Assembly (NCBI RefSeq): GCF_001194135.2
Contig: NC_068985.1
Location: 121,974,926-122,038,925, forward strand
Direction: 5' to 3'
Length of the DNA stretch: 64,000 nucleotides
Source of the DNA: Octopus bimaculoides
Taxonomy: Eukaryota
The notes beneath the pieces are model-generated. The model worked only from the letters and a program-made list of their open reading frames with translations. It was not told the origin of the DNA and ran no database searches. Within the stretch, counting starts at the first letter, position 1, and each line of letters begins with the position of its first letter. Below, in pieces: positions 12,783 through 24,552 of this stretch. The position numbers were made by a program, and so were the translations under genes.

Positions 12783-13093
12783 CGCAAAATATATTTGGCA
12801 ACTAAATGTGGCGGTCCTATAGAGGACGGTGTTACTGTTATTTTTAGCCCCAGGAAGACATCTCCTCCAGTTGACCAATGACACACAGTCTGTATCTGAT
12901 TAGTATTTGCGAGGGAGGTCATTGCTCAGATCTCTAGCCTAGAGATGGGAACGATGACCTCCCTCGCAAATACTAATCGGATACAGACTGTGTATTGTTG
13001 GCCAACTGGAGGAGATGTCTTCCTGGGGCTAAAAATAACAGTAACACTGTCCTCTGTAGGACCACCACATTTAGTTGGCAAATATATTTTACG
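12783..13093. mobile_element. Fold-back (palindromic) element, 140-bp arms, 31-bp spacer
   Basis: 12783-12922 is the reverse complement of 12954-13093 with few mismatches; related copy at 38703-38978. Confidence 0.85.
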
Positions 13094-13164
13094 ATTCCAT
13101 ACTGTTACTGTTTATCTCATGTTCAGAGATTTAGTATAACTTATCTTTCTCTTTATATATATAT

Positions 13165-13380
13165 TCTTTTATTATTTTATTCTTTTACTTGTTTCAGTCA
13201 TTTGACTGTGGTCATGCTGGAGCACCAGTTTTAGTCGAACAAATTGACCCCAGGACTTATTCTTTGTAAGCCTAGTACTTATTCTATCAGTCACTTTTGC
13301 CAAACTGCTATGTTACGGGTATGTAAACACACCGACATCGATTGTCAAGTGATGGTGGAGGGACAAACACAGACACACAA

Positions 13381-13412
<32 letters not shown>

Positions 13413-13575
13413 GACAGGCTTCTTTCAGTTTCCATCTACCAAATCCCCTCACAAAGCTTTGGTTGGCCCGAGGCTACAGCAGAAGACACTTGCCCAAGGT
13501 GCCATGCAGTTGGACTGAACCTGGAACCATGTGGTTTGGAACCAAGCTTCTTACCATACAGCCACTCTTGCACCT
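13165..13575 (-). mobile_element. Near full-length tRNA-derived CORE-type SINE (octopus OR2-like)
   Basis: Reverse strand: tRNA-like head (gtggctgtatggtaag..ggttcagtcc), CORE-like caccttgggcaagtgtcttctg, internal (ATGT)n, distinct 3' tail. Confidence 0.8.
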
Positions 13576-13660
13576 GGCTTTGGTCAGCACACTAGCCAAA
13601 TTCCTTACATCCTCACCAGAAAAAGGGAAAGCTGGCTGCTTATATATGCCAAAACCTTAT

Positions 13661-14902
13661 TGCTCAGGAACAATAAATACTGAAAATGTGAAGAGAACAA
13701 CTTCTGCCACACCTCAGGGAGAAAAACTAGAAGTAGCTGATACCTTCCGTTACCTAGGTGACCAAGTCAGTAGCAGGGGTGGGTGCACTGAAAGTGTAGC
13801 TGCTACAATAAGAATAGCCTGGGCAAAGTTCAGAGAGCTCTTACCTCTGCTGGTGACAAAGGGCCTCTCGCTCAGAGTAAAAGGTACTGTATGACGCATG
13901 TGTATGAACAGCCATGCTTCATGGCAGTGAAACATGGGCCATGACTGCTGAGGACATGCACAAGCTTGCAAGGAATGAAGCCAGTATGCTTTGCTGGATG
14001 TGTAACATCAGTGTGCATACTCGACAGAGTGTAAGTACCTTGAGAGAAAAGTTGGACCTAAGAAGCATCAGATGTGGTGTGCAAGAGAGACGACTGCACT
14101 AGTATGGTCATGTGGTACAAATGGATGAGGATAGCTGTGTGAAAAAGTGCCACACTCTAGCAGTTGAGGGAAACTGTGGAAGGGGTAGACCGAGGAAGAC
14201 CTGGGATGAGGTGGTGAAGCACGACCTTCGAACATTAGGCCTCACCGAGGCAATGACTAATGACCGAGACTTTTGGAAATATGCTGGGCTTGAGAAGACC
14301 CAGAAAGCCAAGTGAGACCATAACCCGTGGCCTATGCCACGGGTGTAACCAGCCCACTTATGTGTACCTTTCCTTCATTGGACACTAAACTCTGCTTGCG
14401 AAGACCTGTTGAGGCAAGTGAAATCAAAATCGAAATCAAATTTGATGACTGGCATCCGTGCTAGTGGAGTGCTAAGAGCACCATCTGAGCGTGATTGTTG
14501 CCAGAGCAGCTGACTGGCCTGCGTGCCAGTGGCACATAAATAGCACCATTTGAGTGTGTTCATTATCAGCGTTGCCTTACTGGCACTTGTGCCAGTGGCA
14601 TATGAAAAAATATTCAAGCGAGGTCGTTGCCAGTGCTGCTGGACTGGCTCCTGTGCAGGTGGCACGTAAAAAACACCATTTGTGCGTAGCCGTTGCCAGT
14701 ACCACCTGACTGGCCCTCATGCCGGTGGCACGTAAAAGCACCCACTACAGTCTCGGAGTGGTTGGCGATAGGAAGGGCATCCAGCTGTAGAAACTCTGCC
14801 AGATCAGACTGGAGCCTGGTGCAGCCATCTGGTTTGCCAATCCTCAGTCAAATCGTCCAACCCATGCCAACATGGAAAGCGGACGTTAAATGATGATGAT
14901 GA
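13661..14902 (+). mobile_element. 5'-truncated RTE LINE with complete 3' UTR
   Basis: CSGTINTENV..LEVADTFRYLGDQVSS..WAKFRELLPLL..HGSETW..RGRPRKTWDEVVKHD with stops and frameshifts; 3' UTR with hairpin repeat units; (GAT)n end. Confidence 0.9.
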
Positions 14903-14907
14903 TATAT

Positions 14908-15075
14908 ATACGATGGGCTTCTTTCAGTTTCTGTCTACCAAATCCACTTACAATGCTTTGGTTGGCCCATGGCTATAGTAGAAGACAATTGCCCAAGGTG
15001 CCACACAGTGGGATTGAACCCGGAACCATGTGGTTGGTAAGCAAGCTACTTACCACACAGCATCTCCTGTGCCTA
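14908..15075 (-). mobile_element. tRNA/CORE-type SINE head
   Basis: Same head and CORE segment as 13410-13575. Confidence 0.8.
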
Positions 15076-15309
15076 TATATATCATCACCACCACCATCAT
15101 CGTCATTGTCATCATCATCATCATCATCATCGCTAAACCCCATTGATAGTCAATAATGTCCTCAGCTGCTGTGGTCCAGCTGCAGGGAACAATGATTACT
15201 TCTCATATCATATCTAGTCACATCTTTGAAGCTCAGTCATCCTGTATTCTCATTTTTCATACTACTAAACCACAGTATTTTGTCATGGCAACAAAGATTC
15301 CTACCACAT

Positions 15310-15600
15310 TTGTCTCTTAGCTGTCCTTGGTGGTGAACTAGTGGCATAATTAGAATGTTGGATAGAATGCCTTGCAGTATTTATTTTGAACCCCTGCTCT
15401 CTGAGTTCAAATCCCACCAAGTCAACATTGCCTTTCATTTTTCTCAAGGTTAATAAATTAAAAAAATGTACCAGTCCAAGAAAGAGTGGATTGGTGGAAT
15501 TATTAGAGTGTTGGACACAAGATGTCTTGCAATATCTGTTCCAGCTCTGCATTCTGAGTTCAAATCACTCGCTCTCACCAACAAATGATAACATTTTCGT
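15310..15600 (+). mobile_element. Two tandem decayed tRNA-SINE heads
   Basis: Two ..ctgagttcaaatc.. B-box segments preceded by A-box-like gagtgg/tagtggc sequence. Confidence 0.5.
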
Positions 15601-16810
15601 CAGGAGTTGCAGCAAGCAGATAATATCAAACTTGATAAACCAATGGAAATATAGTTCCCTTTCTTCAAGTGGAAGATAAAATGCCATCACCATCAGCACC
15701 ATTACTACCACCACCATCAGCTGCCCACTAAAGCAAAAAACTTCAATTTCTATGGTATTTGTTTTAACCTACAAGGAGGTTTCTTACTAATAAGTTTTTT
15801 TTTACCACTTTGTACCATTTCTGAGAACAACCAATGGCATGTTAACCTGAAAGGAAGGCTCTAAGTGGTACAAATATCAGCCAAATCTCCTTCGTATCTC
15901 ATTGTATCATTTTAAGTGAAGGAAAGATGCATTAGATAATATAATATTAGATACTCCTAAAAAAAGAGAATGGTTACAGTTATAATATCTTTGATCACAA
16001 ATCTTCCGGATCATTGTTGGCCTGGAGGCTAAATAATAACGGCACCAACAATAATAATAAATGTGACAAGAAAGTAGAATCAAATGGTCAGGTTGCTGTA
16101 GTCATCTCATTTATTAACTATAGCACACATGCTGAATGTTAAAAGTTAAACTCTGTATGTTTAAATGACATCAGGCTATATTTACAAAATAGTGCAGAAA
16201 AAAAACAGCAATGGATAGAAATATAGTTGCAGTGCATTCCTGTGCATTAACAGCTTACCCTGAATACATACATGCACGTGCACTCTTGCACACACACACA
16301 CCACGTGCACAACAACATACCCCTAGGCTAATTATCTAATACTGTTGAGCTTTCTTTTAACTCTCTCCTTGCTGTCATATTGCACTTCAAGTGTGTTTCC
16401 TTCTCTTTGCTTTCATCTCGAATTGGTTTCAACTTGATTCAGCAGACCATGCTACATACACTCTAGCAGCACAACTTCAACGACCACCTTCTCTCACATC
16501 TTTATTCTTACTCCAACGCACAAGCTGCATCATTTCCTTAATATTCCCATCAATTGTTTGTTAGAAGGATGGTGGTGGTGATGGTGGGGGTGGGAGTGGG
16601 TGGAAGATAAGAAGAAATCGGGAAAAAGAAAACAAAATATCTGCTCAAAATTACCTTGTTCAAACACTGGTTCAGATTAATTAATCATACCATTATTATT
16701 ATTATTATTATTTTTAATTTGTTTCATCTCCCACCTCACAAAAGCCCTAATGTTGTTGCTTTTTCTTGGTGTAGTTTTAATTGTTATTGCAATAATCATT
16801 GATTTCTAAC

Positions 16811-16812
<2 letters not shown>

Positions 16813-16904
<92 letters not shown>
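16813..16904. repeat. (CA)n microsatellite
   Basis: Direct sequence. Confidence 0.95.
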
Positions 16905-16906
<2 letters not shown>

Positions 16907-17939
16907 AATAGATTTATCATGATGGAAATGTACTTAATTGAATTGATCCACGTATATGGTTGGTATCCATCCATATTTTTTGCTTAATTTAAAGGGTTGG
17001 TCTGGTGGAAAGTGCTATGTCCTTCAAAGTCTCCTAGACTGATGAGACTGACGCTGTTGATAATGTTCCTCTTGAACAGCTGCAGAGAAAAAAAACAATA
17101 TGGACATATAGAGAAATCCTGAGAATTAAGATTAAGGAAATGAAAGGATTGACCAAAGCCGTATGTGGTTTAGTTGTGGGGTCACATTATAGGTGAAGAA
17201 AGAAGGAAACATATGAGTCAAGAAGGTTTGAGTAAAAGTGACAGAAGTAGAAAAGGCAAAGTAAGTAGACCCACATTTATGACCAGAGGCTGGTGTTGGT
17301 GAGTGACTTAATGCTAATAAGTTGAGTAACCCTTTTTTTCTAATGCATTCTAGGATGTTAGATGTCAGTTTGCATAGCAGCACTGTTGCAGATGTGGAAG
17401 TAGTACTATATTGTGAGTCTTAGCTGACTTTTGTGTTTTCTAACCATGAAGGACAAACTTAAAGAGAGAGAGGGGGGAGGAGAGAGAGAGGGGGGGAGAG
17501 AGAGAGAGTGGGGAGAGAGAGAGGAAAGAGAGAGATATACAGACACAGCAACAGAAATAGAGACAGAGGATAAATCTATCCAGTACTTGACTGGGACTTT
17601 ATTTATCAACCCCCAAGGAGATGAAAGGCATCGTGGACCTTCATAGGATTTAACTGAAAGCCTGGAACAGATACAGCAAAGCATTGAGGATGTGAGATTA
17701 CCAGGAGAGAGCATCAATGGTCTAACACATCCCCGAGAGATAAAATGCAAAGCAGAACATTGGTATGATTTGAAAAGGCTAAGTAGAGGATATTCTGGCA
17801 AGACATAAAATTGCATCCTTTGGTGAGGTTCCAGCTCAAGAATTCAGGAGTTTTAAGAGTATCAAGTTACTCCTTAGTTAATACTACTCTCTGGTTTGCT
17901 CTATCCTGGGATGATAGTAAAAAAATCCATCTCAACAAA

Positions 17940-18100
17940 TTCCATCCCAGCCATGCAAGCATGGAGAAGTGGATATTAAACTGTGATACTGATCATGACA
18001 ATGATTACGATGATGATGATGATAATGATGATGAGGAGGAGGAGGAGAATGATGGTGGTGGTGATGATGATGATGATGATGAGGATGATGATGGTGGTGG

Positions 18101-18139
<39 letters not shown>

Positions 18140-18157
18140 GGATGATGATGGTGGTGG

Positions 18158-18192
<35 letters not shown>
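17940..18192 (+). repeat. RTE-type tail followed by a long compound (GAT)n/(GGT)n/(GAG)n microsatellite
   Basis: cccagccatgcaagcatggagaagtggatattaaa, then trinucleotide runs. Confidence 0.85.
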
Positions 18193-18712
18193 CTCTTTAA
18201 ACATGGACTAAATTTGTGATGGATTTTTCTTAATCCTTAAATTATATTTTCAAAATAAAATATCTGCAGCACTCCAATATATCCCTCAATATATACTAGT
18301 GTGTACTCCTTGAAAAGCACTGACATAGTGTTCCCCTAGTAAACTTTGTTCATGTTGATTTTATTATCATTGTTCTGCTTAAACTGAGCTCTGGAATGTA
18401 GGTAGCTAATCAAATAATACCTTAGTACTAACCACATATCCAACACTGCAAAAATATAGACATGTGTATTAGTTGAGTCTAATATCAACATTAGTCATTT
18501 CCTCTTTATTTAGGTGTAAAGCAAAAAAGCATAAATCAGGTAACTGACCCCATTTTAAAAACAATAAAGAAGTTTTTTGAGGGAATATTATCTGCCTACA
18601 TAAAATAGTGGTCTAAGTAGTTAAATAGTAAGAAGTTCTACTGTCGTAATGTTTATTTCTTTATTTGCCAGAAGGACAATAAGACAATATTAGAATATGG
18701 TGCAGTATAATA

Positions 18713-19080
18713 TCATCATCATCATCGTCGTCGTTTAACGTCTGCTTTCCATGCTAGCATGGGTTGGACGATTTGACTGAGGACTGGTGAAACCAGATGG
18801 CTACACCAGGCTCCAATCTGATTTGGTAGAGTTTCTACAGCTGGATGCCCTTCCTAATGCCAACCACTTAGAGAGTGTAGAGGGTGCTTTTACGTGCCAC
18901 CAGCATGAAAGCCAGTCAGGCGGTACTGGCAACGGCCACGCTCAAAATGGTGTATTTTATGTGCCACCCGCACAAGAGCCAGTCCAGGGGCACTGACAAC
19001 AATCTCACTCGAAAGTCCTTACACATGCCACAGGCACAAGTGCCAGAAAGGTGACGCTGGGCACAGGTGCCATCACGAAG
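18713..19080 (-). mobile_element. Non-coding element with RTE 3' tail
   Basis: Reverse complement of the 14640-14900 tail. Confidence 0.8.
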
Positions 19081-19174
19081 CATAGAAGTGGTGAGTTGCA
19101 TAAACATATACATGCATACATATCTGTATGCACACACACATACAGATACATACATACATACATAAAATATATGA

Positions 19175-19310
19175 AGAGAGTGGCCTAGTGGTTAAGGTGT
19201 TAGGGTTATGGAATTGAACTCATATAAGGTTGTAAGTTCAATTCCAGGATCAGGTGGTGCACTGTGTTCTTGAGCAAGCTACTTCATTTCACATTGTTCT
19301 GCTGCAATGA
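19175..19310 (+). mobile_element. tRNA-derived SINE head with CORE-like segment
   Basis: gtggcctagtggttaagg (A box), gttcaattcc (B box), gtgttcttgagcaagctacttcattt. Confidence 0.6.
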
Positions 19311-19338
19311 GTATTAACTAAGTATTGGTGCAGGCTTC

Positions 19339-19376
<38 letters not shown>

Positions 19377-19619
19377 TCTCTCCAGCAGATCACAGAACAG
19401 CCATGGCAGATTTTTGATCTGCTCAACCTAGCCATAGCCATTTAGAACTAGATTATCCATTATATAACTTTTTCATGACAATGTGCATTGTTTGAAGGAT
19501 ATTTGACTGCTTCTCCCTATTGCAAAAATTTTACTAATTAATTAGATTTTTCTGCCATACAACATTAACTGACTTATTTTTCAGGGGATGGTCTCATCGT
19601 ATAATTTCTCTCACTTATA

Positions 19620-20165
19620 ATTCATCTGCTCCAGTCTGTCCAGGTTGTGGGCAAAAAGTATGTGAAGTTTTCATTGTGGACATTGTTGTCTGCAGGTGAC
19701 ACTGCACTTGCAACACACTCTGAAGAGCAACTGCAATGCTTTATGGACAGCTTCTGAAGAGCCTGCCAAGACATCAGCTTAGCCATAAGCTTGAAGAATA
19801 TTGAAGTGTAGGACAAATGCATTGAGTATCTTGCTATTGTTATTGCTGACAATTGGGAGCTGGAGGTAGTCCACAAGTCCACATATGTTGGATCCACCAA
19901 CATACCAGTCCCTCCTTAGAGTCTGAGATCAGCAGATTGGAAGAGTATCCTCAACTCTTGCTAGGTTGACAAAGAGGATCTGGGAGAACAGTAAGCTAAT
20001 GACACACACCTAGATTGCACTCTATAGAGCCTGTGTCCTTCATACAATACCTTATAGCAGCAAAATACTGAGCCTCTACTCCACACAAAAGCATTGTCTT
20101 GATGCCTTCCACCCTTGTAGCCTAAGATGTATTTTGGCTATCAAGTGATAGACCAGGTCATAAAA
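19620..20165 (+). mobile_element. Degenerate BovB-like RTE reverse transcriptase fragment
   Basis: AGDTALATHSEEQLQCFMDSF*RACQDISLAISLK; LEVVHKSTYVGST; TLARLTKRIWENSKL; ALYRACVL. Confidence 0.75.
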
Positions 20166-20181
20166 AGTGAGTTTCTAGTCT

Positions 20182-20950
20182 AAAGGATAAAACTTCTATG
20201 AATATTTTGAGTATATACCAAATTTTCTTTTCCTCCCTTTATTGTGGTAAAAAAATTTGGTATATACTCAAAATATCCATAGAAGTTTTATCCTTTTGCT
20301 AAAATTTCATTCTTAATAATCTTCTTGATTACCCTGAATTTTAACTTTATACAATAAGGCAATATTGTTTGAAATGATCTTTAGAAATTACTTGATTTAT
20401 CTCTTTCTTAAATGGCTCTACCCTCTTGATCTTAGTATTTTATAAGGGCCTTTATATAAATAACCCTTCTAAACAAGTACCACTAAGAAACTATAAATAT
20501 CATGTAAGGAGTAACAATAATAACTTCTTAAACTTATAATATAACCTTTAGTTTATTTATAGAAAGATTAGTGTAAAATATAAATGTTCCATAACTTAAA
20601 TATTCCTTTAGCTGATACCAGATATCAGTCTTTTATTGATATTAACTAAATATGTAAATATAAAATTTTTAGTCTAATATATTTTGAATTATTATACTTT
20701 TCTTATAAATCTTCTCTATTGGTGTTAATAAGCTACATATATTTTACCATAGTATTAGTAATTAAGCTATTTTATTCCTTTTCTATGGTGTTCTGCCCTA
20801 CTTGATTATTTTATTTCATTTCTTTATTAATTTATAATTAGCCTTTATCTATTCATAAAATTAAACTAATCATTATATCTCTATAAATTCATACTTAGCT
20901 TATATAAAACTATACTAGTATATTCACTACTTATAAAAAAACTGCTTAGA
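20182..20950 (-). mobile_element. Highly decayed R4-like N-terminal relic with a terminal 45-bp inverted repeat
   Basis: Weak frameshifted similarity (YKVKIQG..ILAKG) to the R4 pre-RT region; about 150 bp shared with 22461-22605; arms 20182-20226 and 20252-20296. Confidence 0.4.
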
Positions 20951-20967
20951 TTATAGTTTTATTAATA

Positions 20968-22326
20968 TACTAGCAGAAATACCCGGCTTTGCCCGGGTTA
21001 AAGAGAATAATGAAATCTAAAAACGCCATCTAGACTACGCAACCCTCAACTGTTAGTAGTTACGATACCATATTTCTACATTAATAACTCTCCAATCCAT
21101 GCCAGCATGGAACATAGACATTAAGTGGAATGCCAGTCTCTCATCTAGGAGGGCCTTGAAATCAATGTTACCAACTGGGGACTATGTGTGTCGTAGTGAT
21201 AATAAAAAGACCCAAAGGAGGTCTGCAACGAAATAATTTTACTCAACACTTTGCAAGTGAATCAGTGGAGGCAAAGATGCGTNNNNNNNNNNNNNNNNNN
21301 NNNNNNNNNNNNNNNNNNNNNNNNNNNNNNNNNNNNNNNNNNNNNNNNNNNNNNNNNNNNNNNNNNNNNNNNNNNNNNNNNNNNNNNNNNNNNNNNNNNN
21401 NNNNNNNNNNNNNNNNNNNNNNNNNNNNNNNNNNNNNNNNNNNNNNNNNNNNNNNNNNNNNNNNNNNNNNNNNNNNNNNNNNNNNNNNNNNNNNNNNNNN
21501 NNNNNNNNNNNNNNNNNNNNNNNNNNNNNNNNNNNNNNNNNNNNNNNNNNNNNNNNNNNNNNNNNNNNNNNNNNNNNNNNNNNNNNNNNNNNNNNNNNNN
21601 NNNNNNNNNNNNNNNNNNNNNNNNNNNNNNNNNNNNNNNNNNNNNNNNNNNNNNNNNNNNNNNNNNNNNNNNNNNNNNNNNNNNNNNNNNNNNNNNNNNN
21701 NNNNNNNNNNNNNNNNNNNNNNNNNNNNNNNNNNNNNNNNNNNNNNNNNNNNNNNNNNNNNNNNNNNNNNNNNNNNNNNNNNNNNNNNNNNNNNNNNNNN
21801 NNNNNNNNNNNNNNNNNNNNNNNNNNNNNNNNNNNNNNNNNNNNNNNNNNNNNNNNNNNNNNNNNNNNNNNNNNNNNNNNNNNNNNNNNNNNNNNNNNNN
21901 NNNNNNNNNNNNNNNNNNNNNNNNNNNNNNNNNNNNNNNNNNNNNNNNNNNNNNNNNNNNNNNNNNNNNNNNNNNNNNNNNNNNNNNNNNNNNNNNNNNN
22001 NNNNNNNNNNNNNNNNNNNNNNNNNNNNNNNNNNNNNNNNNNNNNNNNNNNNNNNNNNNNNNNNNNNNNNNNNNNNNNNNNNNNNNNNNNNNNNNNNNNN
22101 NNNNNNNNNNNNNNNNNNNNNNNNNNNNNNNNNNNNNNNNNNNNNNNNNNNNNNNNNNNNNNNNNNNNNNNNNNGTTAAAATTTTTTTTGACTAAAACAC
22201 AACTGGAACCCTAAGTAAGGCATCTGTAAAATTTGAATGAAATTGGTTGCGTAGTTCTCGAGTTTTAGGGATTCACACAGACAGACAGACAGACAGACAC
22301 ACATTCTCATTTTTATATATATAGAT
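20968..22326 (+). mobile_element. Helitron/HINE-like element (gap 21283-22174)
   Basis: 5' tactagcagaaatacccggctttgcccggg; 3' gaaattggttgcgtagttctcgagttttag..(ACAG)n..tatatatagat, the typical HINE/Lep1-like architecture. Confidence 0.7.
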
Positions 22327-23459
22327 AATTAGAATGTTCATTTACCTTAATACTCCTTTATTAATACCAGTACATACCAATTAATCAATATTCACAGATA
22401 CCATCTGATGAGTTAGTATTTAAGAGTACAATATGTATAAATTTTAAACTATTTCTGGATAATTTCTTTTCCTCCCTCTATTGTGGTAAAAGTTTGGTAT
22501 ATACTCAAAAGTATTCATAAATTTCTATCTTTTGTTAAAATATTCTTCTTAATAACCCTCTGAATAGCCCTAAACTTTAACTGATTACTATATAGCAACA
22601 TTGTTTAAAACATTTAATTATAGTACTACATGATAAGACTTCCCCTGTTTCATTATCAATGGTCTGCTAAGTGGGCAACCCCCTTAGTAGTCAGCTAACA
22701 TCTTGTTTTAAGTTTTCCTTTACCAAACCTCATGATATTGCTTCTAATAAATCTTGATTTTTATGACTATACCAACTATGATTTCTGTCTGCTCTCTCAG
22801 TCCTACCACTGACAGACACTGCTCTTTATTCTCTCAGCCTTAGATATACAAGGATTTGATAAACTACTCTATAAATTAAAACTGACCCCATAAAAACAAA
22901 TAAAATCAGTGACAGACAGAGTCTTCTCGATTATTTAGTAACTTCTATGCTGTAGTAGAGGAAACATGTTCTTTGTCTGTCTCTTTATCTTCTTGGAGAT
23001 TTTAGGTATGATTATACTAATGTGTCCATCTGTTCTAATTTAACTAAATTCTATGTCTTTGTGCAGCTAAGGATTGCTCTGCATTTTAAGTTGATGTAAT
23101 GATTGCCTTGTTCAATTAAATGGAGTTGCATGAAACGACCGTACTGCATTATCTCTGGATATCCTTGTTGCTTATTTTGATTTTTTATATATATATATAA
23201 TTATTATTATTATTATTGAGTTTGAAAACAGAGAGATCTAAAGGATATAAATTGATTTATTAATTGATTAACATATTCACCAACAATTGTTTCATTTCTA
23301 AACCAAAATTAAGACTACAAAACATTTATAAATATAGAATTTTGCATTTTTAAAATACCTTGGATGGAAAATCATCAGGGTACACAAGGGACAATACAAG
23401 GATTACATTATGATCCATTGGGATATTCAGAATATATATATGACACCAGTATCTGCCAC

Positions 23460-23870
23460 AACTGCGATTTTGCTTGGCTTGATGGATCTTCTCAAGCACA
23501 ACATAGTGATAAAGGTCTTAGTCATTGCCTCCATGAGGCCCAACATTTGAAAGGAACTCAGCTACTTTGCCTCTATGAGGCCCAAAGTTTGAAAGGTACT
23601 CAGCCACCTTGCCTCCGTCAGGCCCAACGCTTGAGAGGAACTCAGCCACTTAACCTCCATGAGATCCAACATTCAAAAGATGTTCTTTACTGGCCATCAG
23701 CATGGGTGCACTTGGTTTGACAGGTCCTCTCAAGCATAGCATATTGCCAAAGGTCTCGGTCACCAGTTATTGCCTCTGTGAGGCTCAAAGTTCGAAGGTC
23801 ATGCTTCACCACCTTGTCCCATTTCTTCCTGGGTCTACCTCTACCACAGGCTCCCTCCACAGAGATCAGC
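23460..23870 (-). mobile_element. Two tandem RTE 3'-ORF relics separated by a 42-bp minisatellite
   Basis: GACGRGRPRKKWDKVVKHDLRTLSLTEA..MLERTCQTK; 42-bp unit ttgcctccatgaggcccaacatttgaaaggaactcagctact x about 4 at 23523-23690. Confidence 0.75.
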
Positions 23871-23884
23871 ACTTCTTTATACAG

Positions 23885-23932
<48 letters not shown>

Positions 23933-24300
23933 TGTTGTATTTGGGGATAGTCATGTTGCCAGTTTAGCCAATAAAAGCACACGCACTATATATTTGGTGT
24001 TAATTTGTTTCAGCTTTATTTTACATTAATCATATTTTGGCCAGAGTTCTTTCGTCACACTTCTGTGACCTCATCTGTGGTCCTTTGGTGTCTTCTTTCT
24101 TATTTGTGTGTCTTTCCTTACTAATGATCAGCCATTTTGTCAAACCAAAGGACCACTGATGAGGTCCTAGAAGTGTGACGAAAGAACTCTGGCCGAAATA
24201 CGATTAATGTAAAATAAAGCTGAAGCAAATTAACACCAAATATATAGTGCATGTGTTTTTATTGGCTAAACTGGCAACATGACCATCCCCAAATACAACA
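23933..24300. mobile_element. 156-bp inverted repeat carrying a hammerhead motif (Penelope-like pLTR-type arrangement)
   Basis: 23933-24088 is the reverse complement of 24145-24300; 56-bp spacer. Confidence 0.75.
24150..24194 (+). ncRNA. Minimal type I hammerhead ribozyme motif, core intact
   Basis: ggacca-CUGAUGA-g-GUC(cuagaagugu)GAC-GAAA-gaa-CUC/uggcc; stem I cca/ugg plus gg/cc; predicted cleavage after C24189. Confidence 0.6.
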
Positions 24301-24344
24301 GTATCTGTTTCAACACACGATTTCACATCAAGAATCTTGCCAAT

Positions 24345-24552
24345 ATATATTCTCTTGTACTCTAGGCACAAGGCCCGAAGTTTTTGGAGGGGAGGGAGCC
24401 AGTCGATTAGATCTGGTACTTAATTTATCGACCCCTGAAAGGACGATAGGCAAAGTCGACCTCGGAGGAATTTGAACTCAGAACATAAAGACAGACGAAA
24501 TACTGCTAAGCATTTCGTCCAGCAAGCTAACGTTTCTGCTAGCTCGCCGCCT
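24345..24552 (-). mobile_element. tRNA-derived SINE (second family)
   Basis: Reverse strand: ggcgagctagcagaa (A box), gagttcaaattcc (B box), gtcgactttgcc..ggggtcgataaattaagtaccag body. Confidence 0.8.

Noticed and set aside
17811-18219. Poly-Asp, poly-His and poly-Met ORFs
   Set aside because: Translations of a (GAT)n microsatellite extending a retroelement tail.
17039-22415. Other CTGATGA matches (17039, about 22406)
   Set aside because: No stem II followed by GAAA, so not hammerheads.
23360-23430. Minus-strand exon MDHNVILVLSLVYPDDFPSK with donor AAG|GTATTT
   Set aside because: No acceptor before the adjacent (TA)n and RTE relic; similarity to any domain is too weak.
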